A DNA stretch of 64,000 nt from positions 769,504 to 833,503 of the forward strand of contig CAVQBQ010000005.1 in assembly GCA_963710825.1 (NCBI GenBank), read 5' to 3'. The DNA is from an uncultured Gammaproteobacteria bacterium. GTDB lineage: Bacteria; Pseudomonadota; Gammaproteobacteria; Xanthomonadales; Xanthomonadaceae. A program made the translations under genes and the position numbers. The notes beneath the pieces are model-generated. The model ran no database searches. It was not told the origin of the DNA and saw only the letters and a list, made by a program, of their open reading frames with translations. This document shows positions 1-13,251 of this stretch, in pieces (the first letter of the stretch is position 1; every line of letters begins with the position of its first letter).

Positions 1-1373
<1,373 letters not shown>

Positions 1374-1515
1374 GCGGTGACTTTCCGGAATCAGGGATTC
1401 GGGATTGGAGATTCGGACAGGCCAGGGACGTCCTGAGGCAGTACGAAACGCCTCGTGCTGTTGCAAATCCCCAATCTCGAATCACGAATCCCGTTACGAG
1501 CGAAGCGAGTAAACC

Positions 1516-1941
1516 ATGACCACCACCATCCGCTGCGACATCGTCAGTGCCGAGAACGAGATCTTCCACGGCGAAGCGACCATGATCGTCGCCACCGGAG
1601 AGTCCGGTGAACTCGGCATCGCGCCACGCCATGCGCCGCTGATCACGCGCCTGAAGCCCGGCAAGATCGTGGTGACGCAGCCCGATGGCACGATCCTGGA
1701 TTTCGCGATTTCCGGCGGCATCCTCGAAGTCCAGCCGCAGGTCGTCACCGTGCTGGCTGATACCGCCGTGCGTGCGCAGGACATCGACGAGGCCTCGGTG
1801 CTGGAAGCCAAGGCCGAAGCCGAGCGCATCCTGGCCCACCGCGGCGAACCAATGGAAGTGGCCGAAGCGCAACAGCGCCTGGCCGAAGTCACCGCGCAGC
1901 TGCAGGCGCTCGAGCGCCTGCGCAAGAACCTGAAGCACTAA
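1516..1941 (+). CDS. atpC: ATP synthase F1 epsilon subunit
   Basis: 141 aa. [21 protein letters not shown]... is typical epsilon N-terminal beta-sandwich plus C-terminal helices. It lies immediately downstream of atpD. Confidence 0.9.
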   Translation: MTTTIRCDIVSAENEIFHGEATMIVATGESGELGIAPRHAPLITRLKPGKIVVTQPDGTILDFAISGGILEVQPQVVTVLADTAVRAQDIDEASVLEAKAEAERILAHRGEPMEVAEAQQRLAEVTAQLQALERLRKNLKH

Positions 1942-1987
1942 GGGTTCCGGCGCCTGCCGATCAGGCATCCTTGCGTGGCAAACCAAG

Positions 1988-2016
1988 ACACCGGCCTGGC
2001 GCCGGTGTTTTATTGT
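1988..2016 (+). terminator. Rho-independent terminator of the atp operon
   Basis: Hairpin ACACCGGC-CTGGC-GCCGGTGT followed by TTTTATT, 47 nt after the atpC stop. Confidence 0.7.
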
Positions 2017-2324
2017 CGTGTACGCAAGGACAAGGCAGCCAACGCAGCGGTCATCCTGCGGGGCTGCGCGACGCCGTGCCGGCCGCGCGTCCCGCGCCAG
2101 GCACACCAAGCGGCTCGCACCTCTTGCGGCCCCGTCGAGAGCGGAATGAGCGCTGGCTCATGCTGTTGCTTGTCGCTGCTTGCAGGGGAGAAGGAAGGAG
2201 ATGCCCGCAGGGCGACTCGCCGGCGCTTTTCGCGACAGCGTCGCAAAAAGCGCCTCCTGCCGGTTCCAGTGCATCCCGCCTCACGCGCACTGCCAGTGGC
2301 CGCTGCACACAGCCATCCAAAAAC

Positions 2325-2708
2325 CTACTTCCGATACACCCAATGCCGCGACAGCAGGAAACCAAACACCCCAAGCAGGCCCTCCACCGCAGGCTTGGCC
2401 AGCCAGGCCCATTTCAGCCCGACAGCCGCATCGATCCACCCCAAGGACCAGGTGCTGATCACCGTCGTGCACAGCCACATGGCCACGTAGCGCAGCAACT
2501 GCGTGCGCCCGATCGCGGTATCTTCGCCGGCAAATGTCAGCTTGCCATTGAGCCAGTAGCCCAGCAGGGCACCTGCAACCCGGCCCAGGATATTGGCCGG
2601 CACCACCGCCATGCCCAGGTGCGTCAGCAGTACCAGCACGCCCCAGTCGATCAACCACTGGATGCCACCGATCAACAGGTAATGGCGGGCATGCCGCCCC
2701 AGGCTCAT
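2325..2708 (-). CDS. GtrA-family membrane protein (polysaccharide-synthesis-associated flippase-like)
   Basis: ~127 aa with 4 TM helices and the GtrA-like motif LIGGIQWLIDWGVLVLL. Its ATG (2706-2708) overlaps the stop of the upstream large membrane protein gene (ATGA coupling). Confidence 0.7.
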   Translation of the reverse strand: MSLGRHARHYLLIGGIQWLIDWGVLVLLTHLGMAVVPANILGRVAGALLGYWLNGKLTFAGEDTAIGRTQLLRYVAMWLCTTVISTWSLGWIDAAVGLKWAWLAKPAVEGLLGVFGFLLSRHWVYRK

Positions 2709-4771
2709 GGCGTGGCCCCGGGCAATCGCCACCATTGTGCATCACCGACCACCAACCGGCGCCGTGCGCCTGCCACGACAAGCCCTGCTCGCTGTGCAGG
2801 GGTCAACTGCGTGTGGTGCAACATCAATTCGCCGATGCGTTCGCGTTGCCATAGTTCAGCCCACGCATGACCGCTGGCATCCTTGTCGGCGCGTGCACTG
2901 GCCGCCTGCAAGGCGGGGTCGTACCAGGTCGTGGTGCGGCCCAGGCCGGCGAATTCGGCGTAGGCCGGCAAATGCAGCGACAGCACCTTGCCATGGCGTG
3001 GTGCCTGCTCGCGCATTGCAGCTGCGAGTACCCGTTCGGGTGCATAACGTGCAAACAGGCGTGGCTCGTCATGAAGGCTGGTCAAGGTGTCTTTGATCGC
3101 TCCGTTGTGCAGCATCCAGTTGGCATTGGTCTGGAAGGCCAGGTTGACGGCGCATACCGCGATGAGCACGACCACCAGGCGTTTGTCCGCCAGGGTGTAC
3201 TGCAATGCCACCACCAGCGCCGGTATGAGCAACACCAGTGAAGGATGGATGTAACGCGCGTATTGCATCCCAAGCAGGGGTAGCACGATGGCTGCCGTTG
3301 CGACCCAAGCCAGTGCGCGCGTACGTTTGCGGGCAAGGGCAATCAGCCAGGCCCCGGCAAGCGCGACCATGACGAAACCAAAGCCACCATCCCATGATTC
3401 ATAGTAGTGCTCGGTGTCGAAGGTGAGGCGCCAGGGCAGGGTTGGACCAAAACCCTGGTGCCAACGCAGGTCCTGGAAATTCACGGCGGCATAGTACGGG
3501 GAATCGAAGGTGGCGTTGAACAGCGGCAGCACCGGATTGCCGGCAACGACCCAGGCATACGTATAGCTGGAAGCGCCCACCAGCAGGACCAATAGTGCGG
3601 CCGGAAGCGCGCGGCGCCAAGCAAGGCTGGGCCAGTGGCGCCATAGCGCCCAGACCAGCAGGGGCAGCGCTGCGAGGGCATGCAGGGGCTTGAGCGTGCA
3701 CAGCAGTCCGAACAGCAGTGCGCCGACGAAAATGCCGCAGTATCCATGGTCGCGCTCTTCAAGGATCGCCAGCGCCAATCCCAGGGTGACCGCCGCGGCC
3801 GCGGTTTCCGTCTGCATGCTCTCCTGCAGGGACTGGGTGAGCGGCAAGCTTGCATACAGTGCGACTGCCGCCCATCGTGTCGACACGCGTGCGCCCAGCG
3901 CGGCACAGAGTTGCCAAACACCGGCAGCGGTCGCCAACAACCAGACTGCATTGAGCGCACTCCTGGCCTCGGCATGCGCCATGACCTGTGCGATCGCCTG
4001 CAGGACATCACCGCCCCAGGCGGCCAGTGCCCAGACCTGGTGCGAAGGGTCGAGCACGTAGGCGCCATGCGTCATCAGTTGCCATGGCAGGCCCAGGTGG
4101 TAGGCAAGGTCGTCGAACATCATGGTCGGCGGCCATGCTCCCGCCGACGCGATTCCCAGGACCGTGATTGCCGCTGCGGCGGTGCGCGGTGCGCCATCGA
4201 CGGCGCGGCGCCAACGGCTTGAGATCGTCGATGCCGTTTGCAGCAAGGCCCGACGACGCAGCACGACCGCAGCGACACTCAAGGGGATGTAGACCCACGC
4301 ATGATGGATCGGCAGCGGCAGGAGCCATCCCACGACGCCGGCCAACAGCGCGAAGCCGGACAACAGCGACAGCAGCGGCCGGGAGTGGCCCGCGACCAGG
4401 CTGCCGATGGCGATCGCGGTGGCGGACAGCAGCAGGACCGACAACGCAGGCAGCAGCCCGGTCAGCCCCACCAGGGCCACCAACCATGCCAACCCGACCG
4501 CTTCGGCCCACGTGCGGCAAAGCCAGCGACGCAAGGGCCACGCCAGCAACCACGCCAGGCCGGCAAGCAAGACCATCTCCCCGAACCGCGACAGTGGCAT
4601 CACCAGCCACAAGCGGTTCAAGCCAAATCCGATCGCGCAGGCGGCCAGCCCCGCCCAGACCAGCGCTTCGGCGAGCCATGCAGGGCGGGTTGGGGCGGGA
4701 AGCGTGGTTGTCGGGGACGTGTCTGTATTCGGCACCGCGGCATCGTACCAGCGTGACCCGGCCAAGGGCAT
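2705..4771 (-). CDS. Large polytopic membrane protein, probable GT-C-type glycosyltransferase partnered with GtrA
   Basis: The six-frame ORF 2705-5224 is long and open. The N-terminal ~150 codons are Arg/Cys-rich and overlap glmU on the other strand. The start is set at the ATG at 4771 ([13 protein letters not shown]...), which precedes the first TM segment. The protein has >12 predicted TM helices plus a C-terminal soluble domain and is coupled to GtrA. Confidence 0.55.
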   Translation of the reverse strand: MPLAGSRWYDAAVPNTDTSPTTTLPAPTRPAWLAEALVWAGLAACAIGFGLNRLWLVMPLSRFGEMVLLAGLAWLLAWPLRRWLCRTWAEAVGLAWLVALVGLTGLLPALSVLLLSATAIAIGSLVAGHSRPLLSLLSGFALLAGVVGWLLPLPIHHAWVYIPLSVAAVVLRRRALLQTASTISSRWRRAVDGAPRTAAAAITVLGIASAGAWPPTMMFDDLAYHLGLPWQLMTHGAYVLDPSHQVWALAAWGGDVLQAIAQVMAHAEARSALNAVWLLATAAGVWQLCAALGARVSTRWAAVALYASLPLTQSLQESMQTETAAAAVTLGLALAILEERDHGYCGIFVGALLFGLLCTLKPLHALAALPLLVWALWRHWPSLAWRRALPAALLVLLVGASSYTYAWVVAGNPVLPLFNATFDSPYYAAVNFQDLRWHQGFGPTLPWRLTFDTEHYYESWDGGFGFVMVALAGAWLIALARKRTRALAWVATAAIVLPLLGMQYARYIHPSLVLLIPALVVALQYTLADKRLVVVLIAVCAVNLAFQTNANWMLHNGAIKDTLTSLHDEPRLFARYAPERVLAAAMREQAPRHGKVLSLHLPAYAEFAGLGRTTTWYDPALQAASARADKDASGHAWAELWQRERIGELMLHHTQLTPAQRAGLVVAGARRRLVVGDAQWWRLPGATP

Positions 4772-4844
4772 GCCACGACGCCTGTGTCGGCTACCAGGCG
4801 GCCCGTTACAATCGAGGTTGATCGACAAAGAACGCCAAATCCAG

Positions 4845-6224
4845 ATGCCAGTTGCCCTGCCTGCTCCCCTGCACGTCGTGATCCTCGCCGCCGGCGAGGG
4901 CAAGCGCATGAAATCGTCCCTGCCCAAGGTGCTGCAGCGCATTGCCGGGCGCTCGATGCTGGCGCATGTCATCGATGCCGCGCGCGGACTGGATCCGGCG
5001 GCCATCCACGTCGTCCAGGGCCATGGCGGGGACCAGGTGCGCGCGGCGTTTGCCGATGCATCCGGATTGACATGGGCCGAGCAGACCGAGCAACGCGGCA
5101 CCGGCCATGCAGTACAGCAAGCGATGCCATCGATTCCGGGAGCCGCCCGCGTGCTGGTGTTGTATGGCGACGTCCCGCTGATCACCACCTCGACCCTGCA
5201 GCGGTTGCTCGATGCGCCGGGCAAGCTGGCCGTCCTTGCAGCCGAGCCGGACGATCCGGACGGTTATGGCAGGATCCTCCGCGATTCCGAGGGCAATGTC
5301 GCCGCGATCGTCGAGCAAAAGGATGCCAGTGCGGCGCAGCGCCGGATCGGCATCATCAATACCGGGGTGATCGCGGCCGAAGGCGAGTCGCTCGCTCGCT
5401 GGCTCGCAAACCTGTCGGACGACAACGCACAGGGCGAGTACTACCTCACCGACATCTTCGCGATGGCTGCAGCGGAATACAGTGGGGCCGAGATCGTGCT
5501 GGTGGCCGATCCGGTGGAAGCAGAAGGCGCCAACGACCCGTGGCAGCTCGCACAACTCGAGCGCGCGTTCCAGCAGCGCGAGGTGCGCGCGCTTTGCGCA
5601 CAGGGTGTGCGATTCGCCGATCCTGCCCGCATCGATATCCGTGGCCAGGTGGAAGTGGGTACCGATGTCGAAATCGACGTCGACGTCATCCTGGCCGGCC
5701 GCGTCGCCCTGGGCGACGGCGTGCGTATCGGCGCGTTTTGCCGGCTCCAGGATGTGTCGCTGGCAGCCGGAAGCGTGGTCCGTGCGCATTGCGACCTGGA
5801 GGGCGCACGCAGCGACGGGGCGGTGACGATCGGGCCGTTCGCACGGCTGCGTCCCGGGACGGTGTTGTCCGAGGGCGTACATATCGGCAATTTCGTCGAG
5901 ACCAAGAACGCGCAGCTGGGCGCCGGCAGCAAGGCCAACCACCTCACCTACCTTGGCGACGCCGTCATCGGCAGCAAGGTCAACATTGGCGCCGGGACGA
6001 TCACCTGCAACTACGACGGCGCAAACAAGTCAACGACCACCATCGACGAGGGTGCATTCATCGGGTCGAACACCTCGTTGGTCGCACCGGTGACGATTGG
6101 AAGCAATGCGACCATCGCCGCCGGATCGGTGATCGGCACCGACGCGCCGCAAGGCAAACTGACTGTTGCGCGCGCACGCCAGCACACAGTCGAAGGCTGG
6201 CAGCGTCCAAAGAAAAAGTCGTAA
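4845..6224 (+). CDS. glmU: Bifunctional N-acetylglucosamine-1-phosphate uridyltransferase / glucosamine-1-phosphate acetyltransferase
   Basis: [31 protein letters not shown]... is the canonical GlmU N-terminus (LAAGxGTRM). The C-terminal left-handed beta-helix hexapeptide repeats are present. The upstream in-frame extension of the ORF (4407-4844) is rejected. Confidence 0.92.
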   Translation: MPVALPAPLHVVILAAGEGKRMKSSLPKVLQRIAGRSMLAHVIDAARGLDPAAIHVVQGHGGDQVRAAFADASGLTWAEQTEQRGTGHAVQQAMPSIPGAARVLVLYGDVPLITTSTLQRLLDAPGKLAVLAAEPDDPDGYGRILRDSEGNVAAIVEQKDASAAQRRIGIINTGVIAAEGESLARWLANLSDDNAQGEYYLTDIFAMAAAEYSGAEIVLVADPVEAEGANDPWQLAQLERAFQQREVRALCAQGVRFADPARIDIRGQVEVGTDVEIDVDVILAGRVALGDGVRIGAFCRLQDVSLAAGSVVRAHCDLEGARSDGAVTIGPFARLRPGTVLSEGVHIGNFVETKNAQLGAGSKANHLTYLGDAVIGSKVNIGAGTITCNYDGANKSTTTIDEGAFIGSNTSLVAPVTIGSNATIAAGSVIGTDAPQGKLTVARARQHTVEGWQRPKKKS

Positions 6225-6424
6225 GTTACGTAGAAGCGGCTCCAGCCGCGAGCCCTCGATCTTGATTTGCTCTTTCGTAGGAGCGACGTAAGTCGCGATC
6301 AGAGTGTTCGGGCATCTGATCGCGACTTACCGGTTGCGGCATGCCGCAACCACTCCTGCAAGAGCCGGAACCAGATGCAAGATCAAGATCAAGATCAAGA
6401 ACTCGCGGCTGAAGCCGCTCCTAC
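6225..6424. repeat. REP-like nested palindromic element cluster A (outer arm GTAGAAGCGGCTCCAGCCGCGAGC / GCTCGCGGCTGAAGCCGCTCCTAC; inner arm GTAGGAGCGACGTAAGTCGCGATC with its reverse complement; core palindrome GGTTGCGGCATGCCGCAACC; an (AAGATC)3-4 run)
   Basis: Direct reading. The same arm sequences recur in both orientations at 8 other intergenic sites in the window. Confidence 0.85.
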
Positions 6425-7731
6425 AACGGCAACACCAGGCTGACGCAGAGGCCGCCGCCTTCGCGGTTGAGCAGGGCGATCCTGCCGCCGTGCGCCTCGG
6501 CGATCTCGCGCGCCAGGGCCAATCCCAGGCCAGTGCCATTGCGCTTGGTCGAGTAGAACGGCAGCAAGGCATTGGCCAGCACGGCTTCGTTCATGCCGGT
6601 GCCACGATCAAGTACCTCGATCCGCCATCCAGCGGGCAGCCGGCGCACGACCAGTCGCACGTCCTGCGGTGTCGAACCGGATTCGTGTGCATTCTTGAGC
6701 AGGTTGAGAAGGCCCTGGGCCATCTGCGCCGCATCGAAGCGCGCGATCCCGTCCGCGGGCGTGACCTCGGCCACGAATTCGACTTGCGTGCGCAACTGCG
6801 CGATGAAGCGCTTCCATTCCATCGCATCGAGCCGTGGCGAGGGCAGCTTGGCGAAGCGGGCATAGTCCCGGATGAAGCTTTCCAGGTGGCGTGCGCGGTC
6901 CTCGATGGTGGCCAGCGCACCGGGCAGGCGCTCGTATTGTTCGCGCCTGAGCAACTCCAATCCGGAATGCGCCAGCGATGCGATGGGCGCCAGCGAGTTG
7001 TTGAGCTCGTGGCTGATCACCCGGATGACCTTCTTCCAGGTCTGCACTTCCTGCCGGCGCAGTTCCGCGGTGAGCAGCCGCAGCAGGATCAGTTCATGCG
7101 GGCGGCCATTGAGGCGGAAGGTGCGGCGCGAGAGGTGGTAGATGTCTTCGTTTTCCGCGTCACCCACGGTGAACATGCCGTCGCCGCCGCGCGCAAAGGC
7201 ATCCTGCACCGCATCGCTGGTGCCGGCGAGCACGTCTTCGAACGACTGCCCTTCGAGCTTGTGTCCGTCGCCAAAGGTCTTGCGCGCGGCCAGGTTGCCC
7301 AGCACGACTCGCCGCGATGGATCGACCAGCACCATCGCCACCGGGGTGTTCTGCACGATGGTGTCCAGCAGCAATTCACGCTGTACCAGCGCCAGGCGCT
7401 GTTTGCGCAGCGTGTCGCCGAGCTCGCGGTGGCTTTCGACCAGTTCGCGCAGTTCGCCCTGCCCACGCCAGGCAATACCAAAGCTGTAGTCGCCGTCGCG
7501 ATAGCTGGCCACGCTGCCGGCCAATGCACGGAACAGCGAGCGGATCGGCGCGAACAGGCGGCGCACATGATAGAAGAGCACCGGCGCCAATACGCCTGAA
7601 GCAAGCAGCACGGCGGCCCATGGCTGCAACCACTGCCGCAGGTACATCGCAAGCAACGATGCCGCGACCATGTATGCGCAGGCCAGTGCGCCGTAAAGCC
7701 AAGCCAGCGGGAGGCGCTGCCACCAGTGCAT
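6421..7731 (-). CDS. Sensor histidine kinase (PAS + HisKA + HATPase_c), partner of the adjacent sigma54-dependent regulator
   Basis: 436 aa. N-terminal TM helices, H-box VISHELNNSLAPI, and G-boxes GTGMNEAVLANALLPFYSTKRNGTGLGLALAREIAEAHGG. Confidence 0.85.
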   Translation of the reverse strand: MHWWQRLPLAWLYGALACAYMVAASLLAMYLRQWLQPWAAVLLASGVLAPVLFYHVRRLFAPIRSLFRALAGSVASYRDGDYSFGIAWRGQGELRELVESHRELGDTLRKQRLALVQRELLLDTIVQNTPVAMVLVDPSRRVVLGNLAARKTFGDGHKLEGQSFEDVLAGTSDAVQDAFARGGDGMFTVGDAENEDIYHLSRRTFRLNGRPHELILLRLLTAELRRQEVQTWKKVIRVISHELNNSLAPIASLAHSGLELLRREQYERLPGALATIEDRARHLESFIRDYARFAKLPSPRLDAMEWKRFIAQLRTQVEFVAEVTPADGIARFDAAQMAQGLLNLLKNAHESGSTPQDVRLVVRRLPAGWRIEVLDRGTGMNEAVLANALLPFYSTKRNGTGLGLALAREIAEAHGGRIALLNREGGGLCVSLVLPL

Positions 7732-7864
7732 CAGCAGGTCCCCGCCGCGCTGTCATTCCCGGGAAAGCTGGAATCCATCGGCGCTGTTCGATTGCACGCA
7801 TAGACGCGGGATTCCGGCTTTCGCAGGAATGACGGTGTCCTGGCAATGTCGCGGCCGGCCAACA

Positions 7865-9208
<1,344 letters not shown>

Positions 9209-9400
9209 TACGCGGCTTTTTGTAGGAGCGGCTTCAGCCGCGAGCTCTTGACCCTGTCATTTGCTGTTGCCGCTGCTGTGGCTGTTGTAGGAGCGACGTC
9301 GGTCGCGATCAAGCATCCCGGAAAGCAATCGCGACTCACGTCGCTCCTGCAGCCGCAATAACAGGGTCAAGAGCTCGCGGCTGAAGCTGCTCCTGCAGGA
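9209..9400. repeat. REP-like nested palindromic element cluster B
   Basis: Outer arms TGTAGGAGCGGCTTCAGCCGCGAGCTCTTGACCCTGT ... ACAGGGTCAAGAGCTCGCGGCTGAAGCTGCTCCTGCA form a long inverted repeat. Inner arms GTAGGAGCGACGTCGGTCGCGATC / GATCGCGACTCACGTCGCTCCTGC. Confidence 0.85.
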
Positions 9401-10639
9401 TCATACGCTGCGCGTCGCCACCGCCGGCGGCACCGCCGCCGCGCGCCGCGCAGGCCAGAACACCGCGACCTGCCCCAGCAGCCACAAGGCAACCGCCCCG
9501 GCCGGCAAGTACACCAGCGGCAGGCGTGGCAACTCATACTTGCTCATCAACAGCTGGTTGATGCCATAGGCCAGCACCATGCCCAATACGATTCCGACGG
9601 TAGCCAGCAGGAAGTTCTCGGTCTGGAAGTAACGCAGGATCTGGCCCCGGGTCGCGCCCAGTGCACGGCGCACGCCGATCTGCTTGGTGCGTTGCTGCAC
9701 CCAGAAGCTGGCAAGGCCGACGATGCCCAGGGCGGTGACGACCAGCAGTGCGATGATCACTGCCGACAGCAGCCACACCATCGACCGCTGGCGCTGGTAG
9801 TACTCGCCACGCAGCGCTTCCATGGTCTTGGTGTTCTCGTCCAGGATGATCCGCGGCGGCCCATTGCCCCGCAACGCGGCGACGGCGGCCTTGAGCACCT
9901 CGTCGCGTCGGGCCGGATCGGTGCGGATCACGTAGTTGCCGCCCAGGGTATAGGGCCCCTTGAGCGGGAAGACCATCGAGTACTCACGTCCTTCCGGGCC
10001 GCCCTGCTGGCTTGGGCGCACCAGGTGGTCGACGACGCCGACGATCCGGGTGGGGTTGTCGCCCCAACTGTAGAACGACTTGCCCACCGCGTCGCCGTCG
10101 GGGAACAGCTTGTCGGCGACGCTGCGGCTGATGATCGCCGCCGGGATGTTGCTGTCGCCCTTGTAGTCCGGATCGTTGATGCGGGACCAGTCGAGGTACT
10201 CGTCCGCCGTGAAGTTGCGTCCGGCGACGATCTTCAGCCCGAACGTATCGACGAAGGCTTCGTCGGCCATGTAGACCGTGGCGTTCAAGGTGGGCTGCTT
10301 CTGGTCCTTCTCCATGGTGATGCTGCTGTTCCACGACGAATTGACGAAGGGAACCTGGTTGACCACGGTGGCATTCTTGACGCCAGGCAGCGCACGCAAC
10401 ACGGCAAGGTCGGACTGCGTCTGCGCATCGGCGTTGTCGTCGGTGCCGATACCCGCGAGTTGCACCCGGACAAGCTCGTTGTCGGCCAGGCCACTGACTT
10501 CGTTGATCTGGGTGACCCGGGTGCCGATCAGGAACAGCGCATTGCAGATGATCGCGCAGCTCAGGGCGATCTCCAGGACGATCAGCGTGGCGGCCGTCTT
10601 GTGGCGCAACAGCGTGGAGAGGATGGGGCGGATGTTCAT
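9401..10639 (-). CDS. ABC transporter permease, FtsX/MacB-type (second permease of the efflux system)
   Basis: Start set at the ATG at 10639 (MNIRPILSTLLRHKTAATLIVLEIALSCAII...). Layout is N-terminal TM1, large periplasmic domain, C-terminal 3-TM FtsX domain. The upstream 72 codons of the ORF are rejected. Confidence 0.8.
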   Translation of the reverse strand: MNIRPILSTLLRHKTAATLIVLEIALSCAIICNALFLIGTRVTQINEVSGLADNELVRVQLAGIGTDDNADAQTQSDLAVLRALPGVKNATVVNQVPFVNSSWNSSITMEKDQKQPTLNATVYMADEAFVDTFGLKIVAGRNFTADEYLDWSRINDPDYKGDSNIPAAIISRSVADKLFPDGDAVGKSFYSWGDNPTRIVGVVDHLVRPSQQGGPEGREYSMVFPLKGPYTLGGNYVIRTDPARRDEVLKAAVAALRGNGPPRIILDENTKTMEALRGEYYQRQRSMVWLLSAVIIALLVVTALGIVGLASFWVQQRTKQIGVRRALGATRGQILRYFQTENFLLATVGIVLGMVLAYGINQLLMSKYELPRLPLVYLPAGAVALWLLGQVAVFWPARRAAAVPPAVATRSV

Positions 10640-10787
10640 GGTGGTTCTCCGAGGTGTTGTTGCCTCCCCTTGCTCGTGCAGCGAGTAGGGGCAGGCCATG
10701 AGGGGATGCTCTTGGGTGGGTGGTCGGCGAAAGGCACCCCTCCCCAACCCTCCCCTTGCCCTGCGGCGAAAGGGAGGGGGGAAAACA

Positions 10788-12092
10788 CTATTGCGACTTG
10801 AGTTGCATGGCAGGCGACACCTGCATCGCGCTCCATGCAGGCAGCAGGCCGGCAAGCAGGCTGGCGACGATCGCGATGACGAACGTCGTCAACAGCATCA
10901 TCGGGTCCAGGTGGGCAAGGTCGGCGTAATCGGTCGGCTGTTGCCGCACAGCCCACAGGCCAAGCCAGGCCAGCCCCAGCCCCAGGACGCCCCCGGCCAG
11001 TCCGACGGTGCCGGCTTCGACCAGGCATTGCAGGAAGATCTCCCTGCGTGAAGCGCCCAACGCCCGCCGCACGCCGACTTCGCCGCTGCGGCGCATGAAC
11101 TTGGCCAGCAGCAGGCCGACGGTGTTGACCAGGCATACCAGCAGGAAGCCGAAGGCCAGCCAGACCTGCATCACCACGTCGCTGGGCACGATCTTGTTGT
11201 AGTCCAGCCATTCCATGACGTTGCGCAAGCGGATGTTGGTGGGTCGCTCGTAGCGGCCGCTGGCGCGTTGCTGGTCGGAGTAGTTGGAAAGGTATCGCTT
11301 GTACGCGGCCGCCTTTTCCGGCGTGTCCAGCTCCACCCAGTACTGGATCCAGGTGCAGGGCGCATTGAGGTCCGTATTGTCCCCGTTGCTGTCGCCCCAG
11401 CAGTTCATGCTGCCGCTGCGGCCCATCTTCAGATCGCGCGAGGCAGAGAACGGCAGGAAGACCTGTTCGGTTTCGCCATAGCCGTCGCTGCTGTTCATGT
11501 CGTAGAACTTGGGCGTCGGTCGCCAGTCGTCCAGCACGCCGACGATGCGGAACTCGGCCGCGTCGATGCGCAGCGACTTGCCGACGCTGTTGCCACCGCC
11601 GAACAGTTTGTCGTTCAGTGCCTTGGTGATCACGGCGACCCGGGCATGGTCGTTGTCGTCGCGTGCGCTCCATCCGTTGCCATGCAGGAACGGGATGGAA
11701 AACATCGCGAAGATGTCCGCGCTTGAATAGCGGGCGTCGACGCGGAAAGGCGGCAGGCTGGCCTGCCTGGGCTCGATCGACACGTTGCCGCCGGTCATCA
11801 TCGCCTGGCGGTCGCCGCGCTTCTGGGCCAGCAGCGTTTCGGCGTCGAAGCGCGTCAGCTGGCCATTCGGCTCCTCGCCGGGCGTGTAGCCATCCATGCT
11901 TTCCGGATCAAGCTGGGGGTAGAACAGCACCGAGCTCCTGGTCGGGATCGGGTCGCCGGACAGGATATGGAAGACGGTCAGCGTGGTCATGCTGGCGCCG
12001 ATGCCCAGCGCGATCGCCAGGACCATCAGCGCGGTCAACGCCTTGTTGCGCTTGAAGCTGCGCACGGCGAGATTGAGGTAATAGCCGAACAT
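10788..12092 (-). CDS. ABC transporter permease, FtsX/MacB-type (first permease)
   Basis: Start set at the ATG at 12092 (MFGYYLNLAVRSFKRNKALTALMVLAIALGIG...). Same architecture as the neighbouring permease. Lies 9 nt downstream of the ATPase gene. Confidence 0.8.
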   Translation of the reverse strand: MFGYYLNLAVRSFKRNKALTALMVLAIALGIGASMTTLTVFHILSGDPIPTRSSVLFYPQLDPESMDGYTPGEEPNGQLTRFDAETLLAQKRGDRQAMMTGGNVSIEPRQASLPPFRVDARYSSADIFAMFSIPFLHGNGWSARDDNDHARVAVITKALNDKLFGGGNSVGKSLRIDAAEFRIVGVLDDWRPTPKFYDMNSSDGYGETEQVFLPFSASRDLKMGRSGSMNCWGDSNGDNTDLNAPCTWIQYWVELDTPEKAAAYKRYLSNYSDQQRASGRYERPTNIRLRNVMEWLDYNKIVPSDVVMQVWLAFGFLLVCLVNTVGLLLAKFMRRSGEVGVRRALGASRREIFLQCLVEAGTVGLAGGVLGLGLAWLGLWAVRQQPTDYADLAHLDPMMLLTTFVIAIVASLLAGLLPAWSAMQVSPAMQLKSQ

Positions 12093-12102
12093 GGCGGTGT
12101 CC

Positions 12103-12840
12103 TCAGGAGGCGGTGGAAGTTGCGTCTTCGTGCTGGCGCGAAGACTGCGCGACGCGCGCCAGGCTGGGCTCCACCGACAGATCGGTGGCCATGCCGTCGA
12201 CGATGTGCACGTTGCGCTGGGCGCGCGCGGCGAGCTCCGGGTCGTGGGTGACCATGACGATGGTCGTGCCCTGCTGGTTGATGTCCTCGAGCAGCTCCAG
12301 CACGCTGCGCGCCATCTGCGAGTCCAGGTTGCCGGTGGGCTCGTCGGCGAGCAGCAGGCGTGGGCTACCGGCCAGCGCGCGCGCAATCGCTGCACGTTGC
12401 TGCTGGCCGCCGGACAGTTCCGCCGGGAAGTGCTTCATGCGCGAACTCAGGCCAACCAGTCCCAGCGAATCCTCGATCCGCAGCTTGCGATCACCCGCGG
12501 ACATGCCGCGATAGCGCAACGGCACATCCACGTTGTCGTAGATGTTGAGGTCGGGGATCAGGTTGAAACTCTGGAAGATGAAGCCGATCTTCTGGTTGCG
12601 CAGCTTGCTGCGGGCGTTGTCGGACAGGCCGCTGACGTCTTCGCCATCAAGTATGTAATCGCCACTCGTGAAGCCTTCCAGCAGCCCGGCGATGTTGAGG
12701 AAGGTGGTCTTGCCCGAGCCCGACGGCCCGGTGACGGCGACGAATTCGCCTTCCTTGACCTTCAGGTCGAGCGAACGCAACGCGTGCGTCTCGACCAGTT
12801 CGGTGCGGTAGACCTTGGTGACCTGGCGCATATCCAACAT
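12103..12840 (-). CDS. ABC transporter ATP-binding protein (MacB/LolD-like NBD)
   Basis: Start at the ATG at 12840 (MLDMRQVTKVY...). Walker A GPSGSGKTT, signature LSGGQQQRAAIARAL, Walker B LLLADEPT, H-loop VMVTHD. Confidence 0.88.
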   Translation of the reverse strand: MLDMRQVTKVYRTELVETHALRSLDLKVKEGEFVAVTGPSGSGKTTFLNIAGLLEGFTSGDYILDGEDVSGLSDNARSKLRNQKIGFIFQSFNLIPDLNIYDNVDVPLRYRGMSAGDRKLRIEDSLGLVGLSSRMKHFPAELSGGQQQRAAIARALAGSPRLLLADEPTGNLDSQMARSVLELLEDINQQGTTIVMVTHDPELAARAQRNVHIVDGMATDLSVEPSLARVAQSSRQHEDATSTAS

Positions 12841-13019
12841 GGGAGGATTCCTTCGTGACGGGTGTTCGTTTGGCGGGCTGCCTGGCTGGCCACTCCGGCG
12901 GCGCCGGAGTCCAGGGCGATGGTGGTCGATCAGTCGCTTGGATCGTGGGCTGGTGGCGAACGACGGGTCGGGCAAGTCAGGACCGACATGGTGTTCGCCG
13001 TTGTCGCATCGGGCGTGGC

Positions 13020-13250
13020 TCAGCGGATCCGGAACAACGGGAGCATCGGGTTTTGCAGGAAGCTCCGCGCCGCGGGTGCGTGCCGCGGCATCGTGGCGTT
13101 GGCGCTGCCCCGGGCCGGGCCGATCTGGCTGGCGGCATCGAAGTCCAGCAGTTCCGACAACCGCAACGGCACCGCGGCGGCCAGGTCGTGCGAGGTCCAG
13201 TGCGTGTGCAGTGGCATGTCTGGTGCATGCAAGGCATTCGGGATGTTCAT
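13020..13250 (-). CDS. Possible small ORF (76 aa, no recognisable domain) in the 410-bp gap between the HlyD and ATPase genes
   Basis: Its ATG (13248-13250) lies 1 nt after the HlyD stop codon, which suggests coupling. There is no homology I can recognise, and it could be a high-GC artefact. Confidence 0.2.
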   Translation of the reverse strand: MNIPNALHAPDMPLHTHWTSHDLAAAVPLRLSELLDFDAASQIGPARGSANATMPRHAPAARSFLQNPMLPLFRIR

Positions 13251-13251
13251 G

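Noticed and set aside
4407-4844. Upstream in-frame extension of the glmU ORF (605-aa ORF in the track)
   Set aside because: The canonical GlmU N-terminus [22 protein letters not shown] begins at 4845. The extension is low-complexity and overlaps the opposite-strand membrane protein gene.
4784-6265. 493-aa Arg-rich ORF in an alternative frame over glmU
   Set aside because: It is extremely Arg/Gly-rich (RRRRGQ…) with no domain and is entirely contained in glmU. A typical high-GC frame artefact.
10636-11673. 345-aa ORF antisense to the FtsX permeases
   Set aside because: Composition artefact; the opposite strand encodes recognisable MacB-type permeases.
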